Below, one piece after another: positions 39,659 to 45,253 of a DNA stretch of 45,253 nucleotides. A program made the translations under genes and the position numbers. Under the pieces are notes generated by a model. It did no database searches, had not been told where the DNA came from, and was given only the letters and a program-made list of their open reading frames with translations. The stretch comes from a virus, in the IMG/VR virus record IMGVR_UViG_3300038466_000102, positions 1 to 45,253 of that record; one strand, written 5' to 3'. The first letter of the stretch is position 1. The number at the start of each line of letters is the position of its first letter.

Positions 39659-40726
39659 ATGGATTTTACGACTAGAGTCACTTCACTCACTCAAGATAGA
39701 ATTTTACCCAAGGTTGTTGATACTGTTCTCGGCGATAACTTAATCACTTTCAGGATTCTTTCCAATGGCAAGAAATGGGACGGCCACCAGATGTCCAGGC
39801 CAGTTAAATACCAGAAATCCAATTTAGGCGGATCGTTCTCCGGTTTAGATACTCACTCTACTTCTACGGCACAGACCCGCGTCATGTCTACTTTTGATGT
39901 CCGCGGCTATGAACAGCCAGTGGCCATTCCCGGCATGGAGAAAGCGGTTAACCGCACTCCGGCCCAGGTGATGAGCCTGGTCAGGGTAGAGGTGGAATCA
40001 GCCCAGCAGGATATGATGGATGACATTGGGGGTTTGGCCTATGGTTTGGGTACAGGCAATAGCAATAAAGACTTTTTAGGGTTAGGCGCGGCCATTGATG
40101 ACGGCAGCGAAGTGGATACTTATGGGAATCTGTCCCGGACCACTTATACAACCTTAAAAGCTACCAGGACGGCTTCAGGCGGAACTTTCACTTTGACTAA
40201 ATTAGCGACTTTGCTGTCAGCGGTGTCTGCCGGATCGTCTTCAAGGATGCGACCGACTCTCTTGGTTTCCAATGAGACGGTCAGGGATTTGTATGAAGAG
40301 CTGTTAACTCCGATGGTCCGGGCTAACTATGAGTCTTTCGGGATGCCGACGGTGACCAGAACCTCAAGAGGCGTGGTTAGAGGCGCCGAGTTAGGGGTAG
40401 CAACCGGTTTTACGGCTTATACTTTTAGAGGAATCCCTTGGGTAGCTGATGAGAAATCAACGTCTCAGACTCTTTGGGCAATGAATGAAACCTTTATTGA
40501 TTGGTACGGCTTGAATGATCCGGACCTGCAGGCGATTAGCCTGGGAACAGGCGAGATTGACGGTCCGTATGCGGAAGCACCGAGCAAAAACGTCGGCTTC
40601 CAATGGACTGGCTTTATGCGGCCGATCAACCAATACGGCGAAGTAGCGCACATCTATTTATTAGGTAACATGGTTTGCTGGAATCCGATCCGTCAGGGTC
40701 GTTTAACCGGTATAACCACAGTCTAA
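39659..40726 (+). CDS. Major capsid protein (355 aa)
   Basis: In-frame ATG in track ORF 39563..40726, which begins inside the promoter. AAAGGGG lies upstream. The call rests on its own promoter and its size and position after the portal/scaffold genes. Confidence 0.6.
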   Translation: MDFTTRVTSLTQDRILPKVVDTVLGDNLITFRILSNGKKWDGHQMSRPVKYQKSNLGGSFSGLDTHSTSTAQTRVMSTFDVRGYEQPVAIPGMEKAVNRTPAQVMSLVRVEVESAQQDMMDDIGGLAYGLGTGNSNKDFLGLGAAIDDGSEVDTYGNLSRTTYTTLKATRTASGGTFTLTKLATLLSAVSAGSSSRMRPTLLVSNETVRDLYEELLTPMVRANYESFGMPTVTRTSRGVVRGAELGVATGFTAYTFRGIPWVADEKSTSQTLWAMNETFIDWYGLNDPDLQAISLGTGEIDGPYAEAPSKNVGFQWTGFMRPINQYGEVAHIYLLGNMVCWNPIRQGRLTGITTV

Positions 40727-40737
40727 GGAGGCTGAAT

Positions 40738-41457
40738 ATGCTAGAGGGACAACCAGCAATCTTTGATCTTAATCCGTACGAGCAGAGTTCCGTGCAGATG
40801 CACAAATTGGGTGCAAAGGGCGAAACCGGTGATGGCCGGATTTTCCGGTATGCCCAAATGGGCGAAGCGGTTACCCTCGGTTATTTGACTCAGTCGCCGG
40901 CGATTGATACCGCTACGATTACGATGGCCGTGACTACTGCGGCAGCCATCGGGGCCGAATCCATTACTTTCACTCATGGGGCCACTACCAGCGCGGCAAA
41001 CGAGTATGCTGAAGGGTTCCTGTCTGTTTCCTATGGTACCGGTATCGGGCAGAATTTGAAGATTTCTGACCATTTGGCTTGGACTTCCGCTCAAACAGGA
41101 GCGGTAGTCAATTTAGAAGATCCGTTGATAGTGGCTTTAGATACCACTTCTAAAATTGACGTCGCCCACAATCCTTGGAATGGGGTCTTGATGGACACTT
41201 CCCAGGTGACCGTGCCGACTGGGGTGGCTTTAAGAAGCTTTACCTCGGCCTATTACGGCTGGCTGCAAACCAGGGGCGTCTGCGGTGTCTTTTCCGATGG
41301 CACTATTACCGCCGGTTACGAATTTAACAATGACGGTTCGGTAGCTGGTGCGATTGATATCAGCGCCACCAATGAGTTCCAAAGGTTCCCGGTCGGTCAC
41401 GCGATCCAGGCCGGAGCGCAGAACTATGTTCACCAGGTATATTTAACAATTGACTAA
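40738..41457 (+). CDS. Capsid-associated (decoration-like) protein
   Basis: In-frame ATG in track ORF 40675..41457, preceded by AAGGAGG. The function is inferred from position only. Confidence 0.45.
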   Translation: MLEGQPAIFDLNPYEQSSVQMHKLGAKGETGDGRIFRYAQMGEAVTLGYLTQSPAIDTATITMAVTTAAAIGAESITFTHGATTSAANEYAEGFLSVSYGTGIGQNLKISDHLAWTSAQTGAVVNLEDPLIVALDTTSKIDVAHNPWNGVLMDTSQVTVPTGVALRSFTSAYYGWLQTRGVCGVFSDGTITAGYEFNNDGSVAGAIDISATNEFQRFPVGHAIQAGAQNYVHQVYLTID

Positions 41458-41469
41458 AGGAGACACAGT

Positions 41470-41655
41470 ATGTCTGATAAACCAGTAAAACCAGCTAGAA
41501 AGCTAAGTGAAGCAGAGTTAGCCAAGACTGGAGTTTACCAAGGTTATGATATTCATGCGCTTAGAGAGTTAGGCGAAGAGCATCCGGACTTTTATTTAGT
41601 CGCAGAGTTTGATAAAAAATTTGGGCCTAAGGCCAAGAAAGTTAAAAAGGAGTAA
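41470..41655 (+). CDS. Hypothetical small protein (61 aa)
   Basis: Track ORF; AAGGAG upstream. Confidence 0.6.
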   Translation: MSDKPVKPARKLSEAELAKTGVYQGYDIHALRELGEEHPDFYLVAEFDKKFGPKAKKVKKE

Positions 41656-41658
41656 TTT

Positions 41659-42639
41659 ATGGGTTTAGCAAGAGACTACATTCCCGCATTCAAATTAGGG
41701 CATAAATTAACAGCGGCAGAAATTGCCGGCATGGTTGGTTTGGCCTATGTGGGAAAGATTTGGTATATTGACCCAACCAATGGCTCGGATACGGCCAACG
41801 GTGGCAAGAAACAAAATGACGCTTTTGCCACTGCGACTGCGGCCCATGCGGCAATGACTACTTTTTCTCATGATGTGGCGGTTTTGGTATCTGGTGGCAC
41901 CGCCGGCACTGGTGAGACAGCGGCAGTGACTTGGTCTAAGAGTTATTGCCACTTGATTGGCAATGCTGCGCCGGTAGGAATTTCTCCCCGGGCGAGAGTG
42001 GTTTCCACGACTGATTCAATTGATCCTTGTTTTACTATTTCCGGCAACGGCAATATCTTTCAGGGAGTGCAATTTACTACTTTTCAGGCCAGCAATGACG
42101 TTTTAGTGGCTTTGACCGGAGACAGGAATTATTTCGGCGGGATTCACTTTGCCGGTATCGGCCATACCACTGCTGGTGACGATTCTACGGCCCGTTGTTT
42201 AACTTTAACCGAAGCCTATGAAAATGAGTTTGTCGGCTGTACCTTCGGCTTGGATACGATAGAGCGGTCTACTACCAATGCCACGATTGAGTTTGCTACC
42301 GCCTCCAGCCGCAATTACTTTAGAGATTCCCGCTTTATTATGTTTGATGATAATGCCGGTCCGGTTCATGTCTTATTTACCGGTACTAGCGCCATTGACA
42401 GATGGGTGGAGTTTGAGAATGCTAAATGGTATGCTTTCTCATCTAATAATGCGACCGCGGTTACTGCCTGCTTTAATCTTTCGGCCCAGACGGCAACTGG
42501 TCATGTTTTAATGACCGGACGGCAGTTTTTACAGGGTATTACCGATTGGGAAGCGACAGCCACAGGCAGAATTGCTTTTGAGCGCTACACAGAAACTGCT
42601 AACGTGATTGGGTTCGCCCTTAATCCGACAGTTGTCTAA
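41659..42639 (+). CDS. Right-handed beta-helix-like virion protein
   Basis: Track ORF; AAGGAG upstream. The N-terminal W.IDPTNGSDTANG...AF.T...A pattern is typical of pectate-lyase-fold proteins. Confidence 0.45.
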   Translation: MGLARDYIPAFKLGHKLTAAEIAGMVGLAYVGKIWYIDPTNGSDTANGGKKQNDAFATATAAHAAMTTFSHDVAVLVSGGTAGTGETAAVTWSKSYCHLIGNAAPVGISPRARVVSTTDSIDPCFTISGNGNIFQGVQFTTFQASNDVLVALTGDRNYFGGIHFAGIGHTTAGDDSTARCLTLTEAYENEFVGCTFGLDTIERSTTNATIEFATASSRNYFRDSRFIMFDDNAGPVHVLFTGTSAIDRWVEFENAKWYAFSSNNATAVTACFNLSAQTATGHVLMTGRQFLQGITDWEATATGRIAFERYTETANVIGFALNPTVV

Positions 42640-42655
42640 ACTTTGTTTTTGGACA

Positions 42656-42684
42656 AGCCAGGGGCATTTGCCTCCGGCTTTTTT
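42656..42684 (+). terminator. Intrinsic terminator
   Basis: AGCCAGGGGC pairs with GCCTCCGGCT (42656-42679; 9 of 10 positions pair, one of them G.U), with an ATTT loop. The T-run reaches 42684. Confidence 0.7.
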
Positions 42685-42686
42685 GG

Positions 42687-42695
42687 TGGTATAAT
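42687..42695 (+). promoter_or_regulatory. Extended -10 element TGgTATAAT, 6 nt before ATG 42702
   Basis: It lies directly after the terminator; no SD before 42702. Confidence 0.55.
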
Positions 42696-42701
42696 ATATT
42701 C

Positions 42702-42998
42702 ATGGCGACACCTACTTCTGATCCTTTTACCCATTATTTTACCTTTGATGTTGGCGATGTGTTTGTCACCGGCAAGGTGGAGTTTGACCAAGATAACAAG
42801 ATGACTTTTCATGTCATTAAAATCTCTACTCCGATGGACGACGAGACGCTGCATTTGTTTCTGGACTGGCTGGATTTTTTGCGGAAGGTGTTTGAGAAGT
42901 ATAAAAAGATTAAGCGGATCGGCGTCATGGAGCTGGAGTTTGCCAAAGAGTCTTTGGAATCAGTCGTTAAAAAAGAGACAGAAATAAAACCAAAATAA
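42702..42998 (+). CDS. Hypothetical protein (98 aa)
   Basis: Track ORF. Confidence 0.6.
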   Translation: MATPTSDPFTHYFTFDVGDVFVTGKVEFDQDNKMTFHVIKISTPMDDETLHLFLDWLDFLRKVFEKYKKIKRIGVMELEFAKESLESVVKKETEIKPK

Positions 42999-43015
42999 GC
43001 CCTTAAGAGGCAACT

Positions 43016-43780
43016 ATGGCCAGATCGCAGTTAATGACTCCTTTAGTTGAGGATTTAGTCCGGCAGCCGGCAACTGATGACAATTTAATCCGTCTGCGGC
43101 AGGAAATGACTAGGTTGGCGGGATTGCGGGACCGGATCGTGCAGGAGATCCGCAAGCTTTACCGGGTTCTTGATAATCTTAAATCCAAAAAGGAGATAAC
43201 TGAAGCTGATTTGTCTACTTATGCGGCCCGGGAAATGGCGGAGATTAAAACAATCGGGGCGGATATTTTTAAACAGTTTGCCGAAATGAAAGCGGAATTG
43301 TCTGCCCGGTCGTTAAACTTGACCAGAAAAGAGCTGAGTTTAGCCGGTTTGGATACGGACCAGGATAAAAGGGAAGCATTTCTCCTCAAGGAGACGCGCC
43401 ACAATGCGCTGGAAGAGGTTAAACTATCAACAGCTTGGCAGGATGTGGCCACTGCTAGGAAATCTGCCCATCTTTTCGTCAAGCAGTCCCAGGAAGCCCA
43501 AATTAAAGCGGTAGAGTTGCGGCAGGAGGCTTTTCGGCTGTTCACTTTAAGGAAAAACCAGTTTGACGACCAGCAGCAGCAATGGAAAGAGCGGTCAAAG
43601 GCGTTAGCAGAGCGGGAAAAAGAGGCTTTAGTTAATGCCCGGAAGATTAAAGCGGTGGCCGAAGCGGTGGAAAAAGAGAAGCAGCGGCTGGAGATTTGGG
43701 ATAAACAGCTCAAGGACAAGGAGGGGACCTTGGTCCGGTCAGCCCGGGAGCTTGAAAAGCAAAAAGCTAATGTGATATAA
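43016..43780 (+). CDS. Coiled-coil virion-module protein
   Basis: Track ORF; AAGAGG upstream; charged, heptad-like sequence throughout. Confidence 0.6.
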   Translation: MARSQLMTPLVEDLVRQPATDDNLIRLRQEMTRLAGLRDRIVQEIRKLYRVLDNLKSKKEITEADLSTYAAREMAEIKTIGADIFKQFAEMKAELSARSLNLTRKELSLAGLDTDQDKREAFLLKETRHNALEEVKLSTAWQDVATARKSAHLFVKQSQEAQIKAVELRQEAFRLFTLRKNQFDDQQQQWKERSKALAEREKEALVNARKIKAVAEAVEKEKQRLEIWDKQLKDKEGTLVRSARELEKQKANVI

Positions 43781-43781
43781 T
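43773..43781 (+). promoter_or_regulatory. Extended -10-like element TGaTATAAT, 6 nt before ATG 43788
   Basis: Read directly; no SD. It overlaps the stop codon of the upstream gene. Confidence 0.45.
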
Positions 43782-43787
43782 TTAGTT

Positions 43788-44675
43788 ATGGCTGACGAAA
43801 TCTTAAAACTTGATGCGGATTTTAGACCAGTAATCGGAGCGGTTACTAATGACGCTAATCTTTATGTCACGATGCTTCGGGTGGACCCGGTCACTAAGAG
43901 ACTTTTGGTTGACACAACTATAGATATTGAGTCTGTCGCTGACGGTGCAGCCGTGGATGCCGCCAATGAAGGAATGTTGGTCTTGGGTACGGATGGCAGC
44001 AATTATCAGATATTGGCAGTGGATTCTTCCGGTAATTTACAGGCGGATATTGTGGCAGCCCTGCCAGCGGGGACAAATGCCATTGGTAAGTTAGCCGCTA
44101 ACTCCGGTGTAGATATAGGCGATGTGGATGTTTTAAGTATTGCCGCCGGGACAAATCTTATCGGAAAAGTGGGGATTGACCAGGTTACGGCAAACGCTAA
44201 TGAGGTTGTAGTTAAATCTATTACCGCCGGGGATACAAATATTGGTAATGTTGATATTGCTTCAGCTCTCCCTGCCGGGACTAATGCGATTGGAAAATTA
44301 GCGGCCAATAGCGGGGTGGACATCGGCGACGTGGATGTGACCTCGTTTGTTATTGCTGTGCCGACCAATGATACTTCTGCTGCTTATGAGGCTTCAAGCG
44401 TGTCTAAAGCGTCAACAGGGACATTGTGGGGGTTTTCCGGATATAATTCAAAGACATCAGCTCAATTTATTCAAGTTCATAATACTGCTTCACTTCCGGC
44501 AGATGCATCGGTCCCGGTTATTGTTATTTACGTTCCCGCGATGTCTAATTTTTCAGTAGATTTTGGGATAAGAGGAAGAGCTTTTTCAACAGGCATTACC
44601 ATTTGTAACTCCAGCACCGGACCGACAAAAACAATAGGAAGCGCGGACTGCTGGTTTGATGTTCAATATACTTAA
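43788..44675 (+). CDS. Fibre/decoration-like protein with internal AGTN.IGK repeats
   Basis: Track ORF. The 25-aa block [25 protein letters not shown] occurs twice (44058-44132 and 44265-44339). Confidence 0.6.
   Translation: MADEILKLDADFRPVIGAVTNDANLYVTMLRVDPVTKRLLVDTTIDIESVADGAAVDAANEGMLVLGTDGSNYQILAVDSSGNLQADIVAALPAGTNAIGKLAANSGVDIGDVDVLSIAAGTNLIGKVGIDQVTANANEVVVKSITAGDTNIGNVDIASALPAGTNAIGKLAANSGVDIGDVDVTSFVIAVPTNDTSAAYEASSVSKASTGTLWGFSGYNSKTSAQFIQVHNTASLPADASVPVIVIYVPAMSNFSVDFGIRGRAFSTGITICNSSTGPTKTIGSADCWFDVQYT
44667..44672 (+). promoter_or_regulatory. -10-like hexamer TATACT, 6 nt before ATG 44679
   Basis: Read directly; no SD before the tail-fibre start; no TG extension. Confidence 0.3.
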
Positions 44676-44678
44676 AAT

Positions 44679-45253
44679 ATGAAGTTAGATATTACTCCCA
44701 ACACACCATACGATGTAGGATTGCTTACTCCCACCGACCTCAAAATCTCTACTGCCTCAAAGGGTGGGGTGTTACGGAGTATTGATGGGGCGACAGGGGA
44801 TGTGGCAAGGACGACAACGGGTCAGATTGAAGATGCAAAATATGGATGGACGGCTTATCAAATCGCTACTGCTTGGAGTGCAGAATTTGATACTGCGGTT
44901 ACAAGAACTGGCTTAAAGACACTTAAACTATCAACAACCGATGCAACAGGAAAAATTGTTGCTTATAATATAGATAATAATTTTGAGACAGGTTATATAC
45001 TAAAATTTGTTCCCATTAAAGCAAGCACCTCATATACTCTTTCTTGTTATGTAAAAACCAATAATTGTGCTGCTAATTCAGCATTCCTGACATTTTTTGA
45101 ATATACTCAAGCTGCTCAAGTTGCAAATACTAAAACAAACAAGCTTTCAGGAACTAATGATTGGACTTTGTGTACTGTAACTATAACTACATTAGCCACG
45201 ACTAAGTTTCTTTTAATTGAATTAAATAATTCTGTCGCTGGCAATATCTCAGA
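44679..45253 (+). CDS. Tail fibre / receptor-binding protein, 5' part (continues at base 100 after the 99-nt overlap; CBM4/9-like jelly-roll)
   Basis: Hand translation MKLDITPNTPYD... runs to the window end with no stop. The segment ...TSYTLSCYVKTNN...NDWTLCTVTITT...LLIELNN..AGNISDAWFD fits a carbohydrate-binding-module pattern. Confidence 0.7.
   Translation, partial: MKLDITPNTPYDVGLLTPTDLKISTASKGGVLRSIDGATGDVARTTTGQIEDAKYGWTAYQIATAWSAEFDTAVTRTGLKTLKLSTTDATGKIVAYNIDNNFETGYILKFVPIKASTSYTLSCYVKTNNCAANSAFLTFFEYTQAAQVANTKTNKLSGTNDWTLCTVTITTLATTKFLLIELNNSVAGNIS
45155..45253. repeat. Terminal overlap, right copy (identical to 1-99)
   Basis: 99/99 identity with the left end. Confidence 0.97.

Noticed and set aside
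44058-44339. Diversity-generating retroelement acting on the repeated fibre motif
   Set aside because: There is no reverse transcriptase ORF anywhere in the genome. Differences between the copies are synonymous and involve all bases, not adenine-specific substitutions.
1519-44368. All minus-strand ORFs in the track (for example 14444..14905, 43219..43719, 44006..44368, 36765..37007, 18914..19201)
   Set aside because: Each lies antisense inside, or largely overlapping, a longer + strand CDS that has an SD, operon coupling or recognisable motifs. None has a convincing RBS or promoter of its own. Several are low-complexity mirror images of Pro/Gly/Ala-rich + strand genes. The genome reads as uniformly + stranded.

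Overview
The window is a complete, closed dsDNA phage genome. Bases 1-99 are identical to 45155-45253, so the unique length is 45154 bp, and the first ORF is the 3' part of a gene that starts at 44679. I support about 76 CDS, all on the + strand. I found no tRNA, rRNA, CRISPR array, integrase, repressor, DNA polymerase, primase or helicase. Modules, taking the genome as circular: (1) packaging and head, 35.0-42.6 kb: Zn-ribbon protein, GpA-type large terminase, Com-like Zn finger, portal, scaffold-like protein, major capsid protein, beta-helix protein. (2) Tail and ejection proteins, 42.7 kb across the junction to 17.3 kb: CBM-like tail fibre, a 1200-aa LamG plus glycine-rich protein, and a 1987-aa polyvalent protein with a Dam-like N6A methyltransferase. 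(3) Lysis, 17.3-18.7 kb: CHAP endolysin and holin-like proteins. (4) Early and accessory region, 18.7-34.4 kb: SSB-like protein ending in DIPF, a GroES / prepilin-like / GroEL operon, VRR-NUC, YopX, C5-MTase-like and HNH genes, and many small ORFs. The least explained part is 32.3-35.0 kb. It has three copies of a promoter-like module, each followed by small genes. It also has two strongly A-depleted, G+T-rich noncoding segments that share sequence words and + strand G.U hairpins, a very acidic 76-aa protein, and a G8-T-G6 tract just upstream of the terminase genes. A second genome-wide signal is TGnTATAAT (or a near match) 5-9 nt before the ATG of eight late genes that have no Shine-Dalgarno sequence. 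All coordinates outside the ORF track were indexed by hand and could be off by about 1 nt.
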